DNA of 64,000 nucleotides from Eledone cirrhosa. Taxonomy: Eukaryota. Both the position numbers and the translations under genes were made by a program. The DNA lies in assembly GCA_964016885.1 (NCBI GenBank), contig OZ024747.1, forward strand, positions 62,744,001 to 62,808,000, given 5' to 3'. Positions 12,701 through 30,226 of this stretch are shown here, piece by piece (within the stretch, counting starts at the first letter, position 1; every line of letters begins with the position of its first letter). Below the pieces are notes generated by a model. The model was not told the DNA's origin. It saw only the letters and a program-made list of their open reading frames with translations, and searched no databases.

Positions 12701-15700
12701 ACTACACCAGTCACCACCAACACTGTACCAGTCACCACCAACACTGTACCAGTCACCACCAACACTGTACCAGTCACCACCAACACTGTACCAGTCACCA
12801 CCAACACTACACCAGTCACCACCAACACTGTACCAGTCACCACCAACACCACACCAGTCACCACCAACACCACACCAGTCACCACCAACACTACACCAGT
12901 CACCACCAACACTGTACCAGTCACCACCAACACCACACCAGTCACCACCAACACTACACCAGTCACCACCAACACTGTACCAGTCACCACCAACACTGTA
13001 CCAGTCACCACCAACACCACACCAGTCACCACCAACACTACACCAGTCACCACCAACACCACACCAGTCACCACCAACACTACACCAGTCACCACCAACA
13101 CCACACCAGTCACCACCAACACTACACCAGTCACCACCAACACTGTACCAGTCACCACCAACACTGTACCAGTCACCACCAACACCACACCAGTCACCAC
13201 CAACACCACACCAGTCACCACCAACACTACACCAGTCACCACCAACACTGTACCAGTCACCACCAACACTGTACCAGTCACCACCAACACTGTACCAGTC
13301 ACCACCAACACTGTACCAGTCACCACCAACACTACACCAGTCACCACCAACACTGCACCAGTCACCACCTACACTGTACCAGTCACCACCAACACTGTAC
13401 CAGTCACCACCAACACTGTACCAGTCACCACCTACACTGTACCAGTCACCACCAACACTGTACCAGTCACCACCAATACTGTACCAGTCACCACCAACAC
13501 TGTACCAGTCACCACCAACACTACACCAGTCACCACCAACACTACACCAGTCACCACCAACACTGTACCAGTCACCACCAACACTACACCAGTCACCACC
13601 AACACTGTACCAGTCACCACCAACACTGTACCAGTCACCACCAACACTACACCAGTCACCACCAACACTGTACCAGTCACCACCTACACTGTACCAGTCA
13701 CCACCAACACTGTACCAGTCACCACCAACACTACACCAGTCACCACCAACACTGTACCAGTCACCACCAACACTGTACCAGTCACCACCAACACTGTACC
13801 AGTCACCACCAACACTGTACCAGTCACCACCAACACTGTACCAGTCACCACCAACACTACACCAGTCACCACCAACACTACACCAGTCACCACCAACACT
13901 GTACCAGTCACCACCAACACCACACCAGTCACCACCAACACTACACCAGTCACCACCAACACTGTACCAGTCACCACCAACACTGTACCAGTCACCACCA
14001 ACACCACACCAGTCACCACCAACACTACACCAGTCACCACCAACACCACACCAGTCACCACCAACACTACACCAGTCACCACCAACACCACACCAGTCAC
14101 CACCAACACTACACCAGTCACCACCAACACTGTACCAGTCACCACCAACACTGTACCAGTCACCACCAACACCACACCAGTCACCACCAACACCACACCA
14201 GTCACCACCAACACTACACCAGTCACCACCAACACTGTACCAGTCACCACCAACACTGTACCAGTCACCACCAACACTGTACCAGTCACCACCAACACTG
14301 TACCAGTCACCACCAACACTACACCAGTCACCACCAACACTGCACCAGTCACCACCTACACTGTACCAGTCACCACCAACACTACACCAGTCACCACCAA
14401 CACTACACCAGTCACCACCAACACTGTACCAGTCACCACCAACACTGTACCAGTCACCACCAACACTGTACCAGTCACCACCTACACTGTACCAGTCACC
14501 ACCAACACTGTACCAGTCACCACCAACACTGTACCAGTCACCACCAACACTGTACCAGTCACCACCAACACTACACCAGTCACCACCAACACTACACCAG
14601 TCACCACCAACACTGTACCAGTCACCACCAACACTACACCAGTCACCACCAACACTGTACCAGTCACCACCAACACTGTACCAGTCACCACCAACACTGT
14701 ACCAGTCACCACCAACACTGTACCAGTCACCACCTACACTGTACCAGTCACCACCAACACTGTACCAGTCACCACCAACACTACACCAGTCACCACCAAC
14801 ACTGTACCAGTCACCACCAACACTGTACCAGTCACCACCAACACTGTACCAGTCACCACCAACACTGTACCAGTCACCACCAACACTGTACCAGTCACCA
14901 CCAACACCACACCAGTCACCACCAACACCACACCAGTCACCACCAACACTACACCAGTCACCACCAACACTACACCAGTCACCACCAACACTGTACCAGT
15001 CACCACCAACACTACACCAGTCACCACCAACACTGTACCAGTCACCACCAACACCACACCAGTCACCACCAACACTACACCAGTCACCACCAACACCACA
15101 CCAGTCACCACCAACACTACACCAGTCACCACCAACACTACACCAGTCACCACCAACACCACACCAGTCACCACCAACACTACACCAGTCACCACCAACA
15201 CTGTACCAGTCACCACCAACACCACACCAGTCACCACCAACACCACACCAGTCACCACCAACACTACACCAGTCACCACCAACACTGTACCAGTCACCAC
15301 CAACACCACACCAGTCACCACCAACACTACACCAGTCACCACCAACACTACACCAGTCACCACCAACACCACACCAGTCACCACCAACACTACACCAGTC
15401 ACCACCAACACCACACCAGTCACCACCAACACTGTACCAGTCACCACCAACACCACACCAGTCACCACCAACACTGTACCAGTCACCACCTTCACTGTAC
15501 CAGTCACCACCAACACTACACCAGTCACCACCAACACTACACCAGTCACCACCAACACCACACCAGTCACCACCAACACTGTACCAGTCACCACCAACAC
15601 CACACCAGTCACCACCAACACTGTACCAGTCACCACCAACACTGTACCAGTCACCACCAACACTGTACCAGTCACCACCAACACTACACCAGTCACCACC

Positions 15701-18700
15701 AACACTACACCAGTCACCACCAACACTGTACCAGTCACCACCAACACTACACCAGTCACCACCAACACTACACCAGTCACCACCAACACTACACCAGTCA
15801 CCACCAACACTACACCAGTCACCACCAACACCACACCAGTCACCACCAACACTACACCAGTCACCACCAACACTGTACCAGTCACCACCAACACCACACC
15901 AGTCACCACCAACACCACACCAGTCACCACCAACACTACACCAGTCACCACCAACACTGTACCAGTCACCACCAACACCACACCAGTCACCACCAACACT
16001 ACACCAGTCACCACCAACACTACACCAGTCACCACCAACACCACACCAGTCACCACCAACACTACACCAGTCACCACCAACACCACACCAGTCACCACCA
16101 ACACTGTACCAGTCACCACCAACACCACACCAGTCACCACCAACACTACACCAGTCACCACCAACACCACACCAGTCACCACCAACACTACACCAGTCAC
16201 CACCAACACTACACCAGTCACCACCAACACTGTACCAGTCACCACCAACACTGTACCAGTCACCACCTTCACTGTACCAGTCACCACCAACACTACACCA
16301 GTCACCACCAACACTACACCAGTCACCACCAACACCACACCAGTCACCACCAACACTGTACCAGTCACCACCAACACCACACCAGTCACCACCAACACTG
16401 TACCAGTCACCACCAACACTGTACCAGTCACCACCAACACTGTACCAGTCACCACCAACACTACACCAGTCACCACCAACACTACACCAGTCACCACCAA
16501 CACTGTACCAGTCACCACCAACACTACACCAGTCACCACCAACACTACACCAGTCACCACCAACACTACACCAGTCACCACCAACACTACACCAGTCACC
16601 ACCAACACCACACCAGTCACCACCAACACTGTACCAGTCACCACCAACACTACACCAGTCACCACCAACACTGTACCAGTCACCACCAACACTACACCAG
16701 TCACCACCAACACCACACCAGTCACCACCAACACTACACCAGTCACCACCAACACTGTACCAGTCACCACCAACACTACACCAGTCACCACCAACACTAC
16801 ACCAGTCACCACCAACACTACACCAGTCACCACCAACACTACACCAGTCACCACCAACACCACACCAGTCACCACCAACACTGTACCAGTCACCACCAAC
16901 ACTGCACCAGTCACCACCTTCACTGTACCAGTCACCACCAACACTGTACCAGTCACCACCAACACTACACAGTCACCACCAACACCACACCAGTCACCAC
17001 CAACACTACACCAGTCACCACCAACACCACACCAGTCACCACCAACACTGTACCAGTCACCACCAACACTACACCCAGTCACCACCAACACTGTACCAGT
17101 CACCACCAACACTGTACCAGTCACCACCAACACTGTACCAGTCACCACCTTCACTGTACCAGTCACCACCAACACTACACCAGTCACCACCAACACTGTA
17201 CCAGTCACCACCAACACTGTACCAGTCACCACCAACACTGTACCAGTCACCACCAACACTGTACCAGTCACCACCAACACTGTACCAGTCACCACCAACA
17301 CTGTACCAGTCACCACCTTCACTGTACCAGTCACCACCAACACTACACCAGTCACCACCAACACTGTACCAGTCACCACCAACACCACACCAGTCACCAC
17401 CAACACCACACCAGTCACCACCAACACTACACCAGTCACCACCAACACCACACCAGTCACCACCAACACTACACCAGTCACCACCAACACCACACCAGTC
17501 ACCACCTTCACTGTACCAGTCACCACCAACACTACACCAGTCACCACCAACACTGTACCAGTCACCACCAACACTGTACCAGTCACCACCTTCACTGTAC
17601 CAGTCACCACCAACACTGTACCAGTCACCACCAACACTGTACCAGTCACCACCAACACTGTACCAGTCACCACCAACACTGTACCAGTCACCACCAACAC
17701 TACACCAGTCACCACCAACACTGTACCAGTCACCACCAACACTACACCAGTCACCACCAACACTACACCAGTCACCACCAACACTGTACCAGTCACCACC
17801 AACACTGTACCAGTCACCACCAACACTGTACCAGTCACCACCAACACTGTACCAGTCACCACCAACACTGTACCAGTCACCACCAACACTACACCAGTCA
17901 CCACCAACACTGTACCAGTCACCACCAACACTACACCAGTCACCACCAACACTACACCAGTCACCACCAACACTGTACCAGTCACCACCAACACTGTACC
18001 AGTCACCACCAACACTGTACCAGTCACCACCAACACTGTACCAGTCACCACCAACACTACCAGTCACCACCAACACTGTACCAGTCACCACCAACACTAC
18101 ACCAGTCACCACCAACACTGTACCAGTCACCACCAACACCACACCAGTCACCACCAACACCACACCAGTCACCACCAACACTACACCAGTCACCACCAAC
18201 ACTACACCAGTCACCACCAACACTGTACCAGTCACCACCAACACTGTACCAGTCACCACCAACACTGTACCAGTCACCACCAACACTGTACCAGTCACCA
18301 CCAACACTACACCAGTCACCACCAACACTGTACCAGTCACCACCAACACTCAACCAGTCACCACCAACACCACACCAGTCACCACCAACACTACACCAGT
18401 CACCACCAACACTGTACCAGTCACCACCAACACTGTACCAGTCACCACCAACACTGTACCAGTCACCACCAACACTACACCAGTCACCACCAACACTGTA
18501 CCAGTCACCACCAACACTACACCAGTCACCACCAACACTGTACCAGTCACCACCAACACTGTACCAGTCACCACCAACACTGTACCAGTCACCACCAACA
18601 CTGTACCAGTCACCACCAACACTACACCAGTCACCACCAACACTACACCAGTCACCACCAACACTACACCAGTCACCACCAACACTGTACCAGTCACCAC

Positions 18701-21700
18701 CAACACTGTACCAGTCACCACCAACACTGTACCAGTCACCACCAACACTACACCAGTCACCACCAACACTGTACCAGTCACCACCAACACTGTACCAGTC
18801 ACCACCAACACTACACCAGTCACCACCAACACTACACCAGTCACCACCAACACTACACCAGTCACCACCAACACTGTACCAGTCACCACCAACACTGTAC
18901 CAGTCACCACCAACACTGTACCAGTCACCACCAACACTGTACCAGTCACCACCAACACTGTACCAGTCACCACCAACACTGTACCAGTCACCACCAACAC
19001 TGTACCAGTCACCACCAACACTGTACCAGTCACCACCAACACTGTACCAGTCACCACCAACACTGTACCAGTCACCACCAACACTGTACCAGTCACCACC
19101 AACACTGCACCAGTCACCACCAACACTGTACCAGTCACCACCAACACTGTACCAGTCACCACCAACACTGTACCAGTCACCACCAACACTACACCAGTCA
19201 CCACCAACACTACACCAGTCACCACCAACACTGTACCAGTCACCACCAACACTGTCACCAGTCACCACCAACACTGTACCAATCACCACCAACACTGTAC
19301 CAGTCACCACCAACACTACACCAGTCACCACCAACACTGTACCAGTCACCACCAACACTACACCAGTCACCACCAACACTGTACCAGTCACCACCAACAC
19401 TGTACCAGTCACCACCAACACTACACCAGTCACCACCAACACTACACCAGTCACCACCAACACTACACCAGTCACCACCAACACTACACCAGTCACCACC
19501 AACACTGTACCAGTCACCACCAACACTACACCAGTCACCACCAACACTACACCAGTCACCACCAACACTGTACCAGTCACCACCTTCACTGTACCAGTCA
19601 CCACCAACACTGTACCAGTCACCACCAACACTGTACCAGTCACCACCAACACTGTACCAGTCACCACCAACACTGTACCAGTCACCACCAACACTGTACC
19701 AGTCACCACCAACACTACACCAGTCACCACCAACACTGTACCAGTCACCACCAACACTGTACCAGTCACCACCTTCACTGTACCAGTCACCACCAACACT
19801 ACACCAGTCACCACCAACACTGTACCAGTCACCACCAACACTGTACCAGTCACCACCAACACTACACCAGTCACCACCAACACTGTACCAGTCACCACCA
19901 ACACTGTACCAGTCACCACCAACACTGTACCAGTCACCACCATCACTGTACCAGTCACCACCAACACTACACCAGTCACCACCTTCACTGTACCAGTCAC
20001 CACCAACACTGTACCAGTCACCACCAACACTACACCAGTCACCACCAACACTACACCAGTCACCACCAACACTGTACCAGTCACCACCAACACTGTACCA
20101 GTCACCACCAACACTGTACCAGTCACCACCTTCACTGTACCAGTCACCACCAACACTGTACCAGTCACCACCAACACTACACCAGTCACCACCAACACTG
20201 CACCAGTCACCACCAACACTGTACCAGTCACCACCTTCACTGTACCAGTCACCACCAACACTGTACCAGTCACCACCAACACTACACCAGTCACCACCAA
20301 CACTGTACCAGTCACCACCAACACTGTACCAGTCACCACCAACACTGTACCAGTCACCACCAACACTGTACCAGTCACCACCAACACTGTACCAGTCACC
20401 ACCAACACTGTACCAGTCACCACCAACACTGTACCAGTCACCACCTTCACTGTACCAGTCACCACCAACACTGTACCAGTCACCACCAACACTGTACCAG
20501 TCACCACCAACACTACACCAGTCACCACCAACACTGTACCAGTCACCACCAACAGCTACACCAGTCACCACCAACACTGTACCAGTCACCACCAACACTG
20601 TACCAGTCACCACCAACACTACACCAGTCACCACCAACACTGTACCAGTCACCACCAACACTACACCAGTCACCACCAACACTACACCAGTCACCACCAA
20701 CACTACACAGTCACCACCAACACTACACCAGTCACCACCAACACTGTACCAGTCACCACCAACACTGTACCAGTCACCACCTTCACTGTACCAGTCACCA
20801 CCAACACTGTACCAGTCACCACCAACACTGTACCAGTCACCACCAACACTACACCAGTCACCACCAACACTGTACCAGTCACCACCAACACTACACAGTC
20901 ACCACCAACACTGTACCAGTCACCACCAACACTGTACCAGTCACCACCAACACTACACCAGTCACCACCAACACTGTACCAGTCACCACCAACACTACAC
21001 CAGTCACCACCAACACTGTACCAGTCACCACCTACACTGTACCAGTCACCACCAACACTACACCAGTCACCACCAACACTACACAGTCACCACCAACACT
21101 GTACCAGTCACCACCAACACTGTACCAGTCACCACCAACACTGTACCAGTCACCACCAACACTGTACCAGTCACCACCAACACTACACCAGTCACCACCA
21201 ACACTGTACCAGTCACCACCAACACTGTACCAGTCACCACCAACACTGTACCAGTCACCCCAACACTGTACCAGTCACCACCAACACTGTACCAGTCACC
21301 ACCAACACTGTACCAGTCACCACCAACACTGTACCAGTCACCACCTTCACTGTACCAGTCACCACCAACACTACACCAGTCACCACCAACACTGTACCAG
21401 TCACCACCAACACTGTACCAGTCACCACCAACACTGTACCAGTCACCACCAACACACACCAGTCACCACCAACACTGTACCAGTCACCACCAACACTACA
21501 CCAGTCACCACCAACACTGTACCAGTCACCACCACACTGTACCAGTCACCACCAACACTACCCAGTCACCACCAACACTGTACCAGTCACCACCAACACT
21601 GTACCAGTCACCACCAACACTGTACCAGTCACCACCAACACTGTACCAGTCACCACCAACACTGTACCAGTCACCACCAACACTGTACCAGTCACCACCA

Positions 21701-24700
21701 ACACTGTACCAGTCACCACCAACACTACACCAGTCACCACCAACACTGTACCAGTCACCACCAACACTACACCAGTCACCACCAACACTGTACCAGTCAC
21801 CACCAACACTACACCAGTCACCACCAACACTGTACCAGTCACCACCAACACTGTACCAGTCACCACCAACACTGTACCAGTCACCACCAACACTGTACCA
21901 GTCACCACCAACACTGCACCAGTCACCACCAACACTGTACCAGTCACCACCAACACTGTACCAGTCACCACCAACACTGTACCAGTCACCACCAACACTG
22001 TACCAGTCACCACCAACACTGTACCAGTCACCACCAACACTGTACCAGTCACCACCAACACTGTACCAGTCACCACCTTCACTGTACCAGTCACCACCAA
22101 CACTACACCAGTCACCACCAACACTGTACCAGTCACCACCAACACTGTACCAGTCACCACCAACACTGTACCAGTCACCACCAACACTGTACCAGTCACC
22201 ACCATCCACTGTACCAGTCACCACCAACACTACACCAGTCACCACCAACACTGTACCAGTCACCACCATCACTGTACCAGTCACCACCATCACTGTACCA
22301 GTCACCACCAACACTACACCAGTCACCACCAACACTGTACCAGTCACCACCAACACTGTACCAGTCACCACCAACACTGTACCAGTCACCACCAACACTA
22401 CACCAGTCACCACCAACACTGTACCAGTCACCACCAACACTGTACCAGTCACCACCAACACTGTACCAGTCACCACCAACACTGTACCAGTCACCACCAA
22501 CACTGTACCAGTCACCACCAACACTGTACCAGTCACCACCAACACTGTACCAGTCACCACCAACACTACACCAGTCACCACCAACACTGTACCAGTCACC
22601 ACCAACACTACACAGTCACCACCAACACTGTACCAGTCACCACCAACACTACACCAGTCACCACCAACACTGTACCAGTCACCACCAACACTGTACCAGT
22701 CACCACCAACACTGTACCAGTCACCACCAACACTGTACCAGTCACCACCAACACTGCACCAGTCACCACCAACACTGTACCAGTCACCACCAACACTGTA
22801 CCAGTCACCACCAACACTGTACCAGTCACCACCAACACTGTACCAGTCACCACCAACACTGTACCAGTCACCACCAACACTGTACCAGTCACCACCAACA
22901 CTGTACCAGTCACCACCAACACTACACCAGTCACCACCAACACTGTACCAGTCACCACCAACACTACACCAGTCACCACCAACACTGTACTACCAGTCAC
23001 CACCAACACTGTACCAGTCACCACCAACACTGTACCAGTCACCACCAACACTGTACCAGTCACCACCAACACTGTACCAGTCACCACCAACACTGTACCA
23101 GTCACCACCAACACTGTACCAGTCACCACCAACACTGTACCAGTCACCACCAACACTGTACCAGTCACCACCAACACTACACCAGTCACCACCAACACTG
23201 TACCAGTCACCACCAACACTGTACCAGTCACCACCAACACTGTACCAGTCACCACCAACACTGTACCAGTCACCACCAACACTGTACCAGTCACCACCAA
23301 CACTACACCAGTCACCACCAACACTGTACCAGTCACCACCAACACTACACCAGTCACCACCAACACTGTACCAGTCACCACCAACACTACACCAGTCACC
23401 ACCAACACTGTACCAGTCACCACCAACACTGTACCAGTCACCACCAACACTGTACCAGTCACCACCAACACTACACCAGTCACCACCAACACTGTACCAG
23501 TCACCACCAACACTGTACCAGTCACCACCAACACTGTACCAGTCACCACCAACACTGTACCAGTCACCACCAACACTGTACCAGTCACCACCAACACTGT
23601 ACCAGTCACCACCAACACTGTACCAGTCACCACCAACACTGTACCAGTCACCACCAACACTGTACCAGTCACCACCAACACTGTACCAGTCACCACCAAC
23701 ACTACACCAGTCACCACCAACACTGTACCAGTCACCACCAACACTACACCAGTCACCACCAACACTGTACCAGTCACCACCAACACTGTACCAGTCACCA
23801 CCAACACTGTACCAGTCACCACCAACACTGCACCAGTCACCACCAACACTGTACCAGTCACCACCAACACTACACCAGTCACCACCAACACTGTACCAGT
23901 CACCACCAACACTGTACCAGTCACCACCAACACTGTACCAGTCACCACCAACACTGTACCAGTCACCACCAACACTGTACCAGTCACCACCAACACTGTA
24001 CCAGTCACCACCAACACTGCACCAGTCACCACCAACACTGTACCAGTCACCACCAACACTACACCAGTCACCACCAACACTGTACCAGTCACCACCAACA
24101 CTGTACCAGTCACCACCAACACTACACCAGTCACCACCAACACTGTACCAGTCACCACCAACACTGTACCAGTCACCACCAACACTACACCAGTCACCAC
24201 CAACACTGTACCAGTCACCACCAACACTGTACCAGTCACCACCAACACTACACCAGTCACCACCAACACTGTACCAGTCACCACCAACACTGTACCAGTC
24301 ACCACCAACACTGTACCAGTCACCACCAACACTACACCAGTCACCACCAACACTGTACCAGTCACCACCAACACTGTACCAGTCACCACCAACACTGTAC
24401 CAGTCACCACCAACACTGTACCAGTCACCACCAACACTGTACCAGTCACCACCAACACTGTACCAGTCACCACCAACACTGTACCAGTCACCACCAACAC
24501 TGTACCAGTCACCACCAACACTGTACCAGTCACCACCAACACTGTACCAGTCACCACCAACACTGTACCAGTCACCACCAACACTGTACCAGTCACCACC
24601 AACACTGTACCAGTCACCACCAACACTGTACCAGTCACCACCAACACTGTCACCAGTCACCACCAACACTGTACCAGTCACCACCAACACTGTACCAGTC

Positions 24701-25138
24701 ACCACCAACACTACACCAGTCACCACCAACACTGTACCAGTCACCACCAACACTGTACCAGTCACCACCAACACTACACCAGTCACCACCAACACTACAC
24801 CAGTCACCACCAACACTGTACCAGTCACCACCATCACTACCAGTCACCACCAACACTGTACCAGTCACCACCAACACTACACCAGTCACCACCAACACTG
24901 TACCAGTCACCACCAACACTACACCAAGTCACCACCAACACTGTACCAGTCACCACCAACACTACACCAGTCACCACCAACACTGTACCAGTCACCACCA
25001 ACACTGTACCAGTCACCACCAACACTGTACCAGTCACCACCAACACTGTACCAGTCACCACCAACACTGTACCAGTCACCACCAACACTGTACCAGTCAC
25101 CACCAACACTACACCAGTCACCACCAACACTGTACCAG
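9720..25138. repeat. 21-bp minisatellite (ccagtcaccaccaacac[ca/ta/tg..])n, ~730 units, ~15.4 kb, truncated by gap
   Basis: Main units ccagtcaccaccaacaccaca, ...actaca and ...actgta; + strand reads PVTTNTT/PVTTNTV. Confidence 0.98.
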
Positions 25139-25338
25139 NNNNNNNNNNNNNNNNNNNNNNNNNNNNNNNNNNNNNNNNNNNNNNNNNNNNNNNNNNNNNN
25201 NNNNNNNNNNNNNNNNNNNNNNNNNNNNNNNNNNNNNNNNNNNNNNNNNNNNNNNNNNNNNNNNNNNNNNNNNNNNNNNNNNNNNNNNNNNNNNNNNNNN
25301 NNNNNNNNNNNNNNNNNNNNNNNNNNNNNNNNNNNNNN
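25139..25338. other. Assembly gap (200 N)
   Basis: N run. Confidence 1.
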
Positions 25339-25613
25339 TACATAATAATATATATATACATATATAATATATATATACATATATAATAATATATATACAT
25401 ATATAAATATATATAATATATATATACATATATAATATATATATACATATATAATATATATAATATATATATACATATATAATATATATATACATATATA
25501 ATATATATATATACATATAATATATATATATATATACATATATATAATATATATATATACATATAATATATATATATATATATACATATAATATATATAT
25601 ATATACATATATA

Positions 25614-25652
<39 letters not shown>

Positions 25653-25713
25653 ATATATAATATATATACATATAATATATATATATATAATATATATATA
25701 TATAATATATATA

Positions 25714-25748
<35 letters not shown>

Positions 25749-26288
25749 ATATATATATACATATATAATATATATATATATAATATATATATAATATATA
25801 TATACATATTTAATATATATATATAATATATATATATAATATATATAATATATATATATATATTTAATATATAATATATATATATACATATATAATATAT
25901 ATAATATATAATATATATATACATATATAATATATATAATATATAATATATATATACATATATAATATATATATATATAATATATATAATATATATATAC
26001 ATATATGATATATAATATATATATATATATATATATACATAATATATAATATATATATACATATATAATATATATATATATATAATATATATATACATAT
26101 TTATATATATATATATAATATATATAATATATAATATATATATACATATATAAAATATATTATAATATAATATATATAATATATATAATATATAATATAT
26201 ATAATATATATATATAATAGTATATAATATATATATATAATATATATAATATATATATATAATATATATAAATATATATATATATAAT

Positions 26289-26325
<37 letters not shown>

Positions 26326-26347
26326 ATATATATATATATAATATATA

Positions 26348-26399
<52 letters not shown>

Positions 26400-26602
26400 T
26401 AATATATATACATATATATATTAATATATATACATATATATATATATAATATATATATATTAATTATATACATATATAATATATATATATATAAATATAT
26501 GTATATATAATATATATATATAATATATATACATATATATATAATACATATATATTAATATATATAATATATATATATATATAATATATATATAATATAT
26601 AA

Positions 26603-26634
<32 letters not shown>

Positions 26635-26666
26635 ATATATATATATATAATATATATATATATATA

Positions 26667-26697
<31 letters not shown>

Positions 26698-27316
26698 ATA
26701 TATATATATATAATATATATATATATATATAATATATATATATAATATATATATATATATAATATATATATATATATATAATATATATATATATAATATA
26801 TATATATAATAATATATATATATATATATAATATATATATATAATATATATACATATATATATATATAATATATAATATATATATAATATATAATATATA
26901 TATATATATAATATATAACATATATATAATATATAATATATATATATATATAATATATATATATATATAATATATATATATATATAATTATATAATATAT
27001 ATATAATATATATATATATATAATATTATATATATAATATATATATAATAATATATATATATATATAATATATATATATAATATATATATATATAATATA
27101 TATATATAATATATATAATATATATATATAATATATATACATATATATATATAATATATATATATATAATATATATATATAATATATATAATATATATAT
27201 ATATAATATATATATATTATATAATATATATATATATATAATATATATACATATATATATATATAATATATAATATATATATAATATATAAGTATATATA
27301 TATATATAATATATAT

Positions 27317-27360
<44 letters not shown>

Positions 27361-27414
27361 ATATATATATAATATATATAGATAATATATATATATAATA
27401 TATATATATATATA

Positions 27415-27480
<66 letters not shown>

Positions 27481-27627
27481 ATATATATATATAATATATA
27501 TATATAATATATATATATAATATATATATATATATAATATATATATAATATATATACATATAATATATATATATATATAATATATATAATATATATACAT
27601 ATATATATATATAATATATATACATAT

Positions 27628-27672
<45 letters not shown>

Positions 27673-28063
27673 TATATATATAATATATATATAATATATA
27701 TACATATAATATATATATATATAATATATATAATATATAACATATATATATATATATAATATATATACATATATATATATATATAATATATATATATATA
27801 TAATATATATATAATATATATACATATAATATATATATATATATAATTATATATATAATATATATACATATATATATATATATATAATATATATATATAT
27901 AATATATATATATAATATATATACATATATATATATAATATATATATATAATATATATATATAATATATATATATATATATAATATATATATAATATATA
28001 TACAATATATATATATAATATATATATATAATATATATATATAATATATATATATATATAAAT

Positions 28064-28106
<43 letters not shown>

Positions 28107-28210
28107 ATATATATACATATATAATATATATATATATAATATATATACATATATATATAATATATATATATATATATAAAATATATATATATAATATATA
28201 TACATATAAT

Positions 28211-28242
<32 letters not shown>

Positions 28243-28403
28243 AAATATATATATATAATATATATATATATATAATATATATATATAATATATATATATA
28301 TATAATATATATATATAATATATATATATATAATATATATATATAATATATATAATATATATATATATAATATATATATATATAATATATATATATATAA
28401 TAT

Positions 28404-28460
<57 letters not shown>

Positions 28461-28740
28461 TATATATAATATATATATATATAATATATAAATACATATA
28501 TATATATATAATATTATAATATATATATACATATATAATATATATATATATATAATATGGATATATATAATATATATATATAATATATTATATATATATA
28601 ATATATATATACATATATAATATATATATATATATAATATATATATATATAATATATATATATAATATATATATATATATAATATATATATATAATATAT
28701 ATATATATAATATATATATACATATATATATATATAATAT

Positions 28741-28772
<32 letters not shown>

Positions 28773-29154
28773 ATATATATATATATAATATATATATATA
28801 TAATATATATATATATAATATATATATACATATATAATATATATATATAATAAATATATATATATATATAATACATATATATATATAATACATATATATA
28901 TATAATACATATATATAATACATATATATATAATAATATATATACACATAATATAATATATAATATATAATATATATATATAATATATATATATATAAAA
29001 TAATATATATATATATAATACATATATATAATACATATATATATATAATACATATATTAATACATATATATATAATATATATATACATATATAATATATA
29101 TATATAATCTATATATAATATATTTATATATATAATCTATATATATATATATAT

Positions 29155-29203
<49 letters not shown>

Positions 29204-29230
29204 CTATATATAATATATTTATATATATAA

Positions 29231-29263
<33 letters not shown>

Positions 29264-29336
29264 CTATATATATATATAATCTATATATATATATATAATC
29301 TATATATATATATATAATCTATATATATATATATAA

Positions 29337-29370
<34 letters not shown>

Positions 29371-29392
29371 CTATATATATATATATATATAA
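25339..29392. repeat. ~4-kb (TA)n/TAA/TACA simple-sequence tract
   Basis: Directly visible. Confidence 0.98.
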
Positions 29393-29547
29393 TATTATAT
29401 ATTATTAAGTTCGGTGAATCCATACGTACATATATATATGTGTGCATGTATGTATATATACAAACATACTACTGTATATATATATATATATATATATATA
29501 CATAGATGCACACATATATTATATATATATAATATATATATATATAT

Positions 29548-29590
<43 letters not shown>

Positions 29591-29722
29591 TATATTATTA
29601 AGTTCGGTGAAACCATACGTACATATATATATGTGTGCATGTATGTATATATATATAAACATACTACTGTATATATATATATATATATATATATACATAC
29701 ATGCACACATATATTATATAAT

Positions 29723-29754
<32 letters not shown>

Positions 29755-29866
29755 AATTATATATTATTAATGTTTAGTGAATCCATACGTACATATATAT
29801 ATATGTGTGCATGTATGTATATATATATACATACTGCTGTACGTCTGTATACATAAATGTATGTAC

Positions 29867-29915
<49 letters not shown>
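29393..29915. repeat. Three diverged ~180-190-bp tandem units
   Basis: tattattaagttcggtgaatccatacgtaca...gtgtgcatgtatg...catactactgta at about 29400, 29594 and 29762. Confidence 0.8.
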
Positions 29916-30082
29916 CTTTATAACATGTACAACAGCTGATGTTAAGTATTGAGGTTAGCAAAGCCTGCTTTCTCCATTTTGGATTATCAAAACATTTGTT
30001 ACTAGGTTTTTTTCGTTAATACTCCTGCTTACTGATTCTCGACTACATTAGTATGGGTCACTCCTCTCCTTGTAAGTGCATT

Positions 30083-30226
30083 ATTAGTACTTTATTTTAT
30101 TGACTCCATAAGAATGAAAAGCAAAGCTAACTTCGATAGAATTTGAACTCAGAACGTAAAGGAACGTAACTACAAGCCGGAAAGATTGTTATTCGACGCT
30201 CTACAGATACAGACAACCCACCACCT
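30083..30226 (-). mobile_element. Diverged SINE
   Basis: gtactttattttattgac...gaatgaaaagcaaagctaac...gaatttgaactcagaacgtaaagg. Confidence 0.75.

Noticed and set aside
9704-25138. Long - strand ORFs (VVTGVVL / VGGDWYS repeats)
   Set aside because: By-products of the 21-bp minisatellite, with GTG/TTG starts and no unique domains
9720-25138. CRISPR-like regular array
   Set aside because: No unique spacers, only 2-3 nt variants of a tandem unit; eukaryotic context and no cas genes
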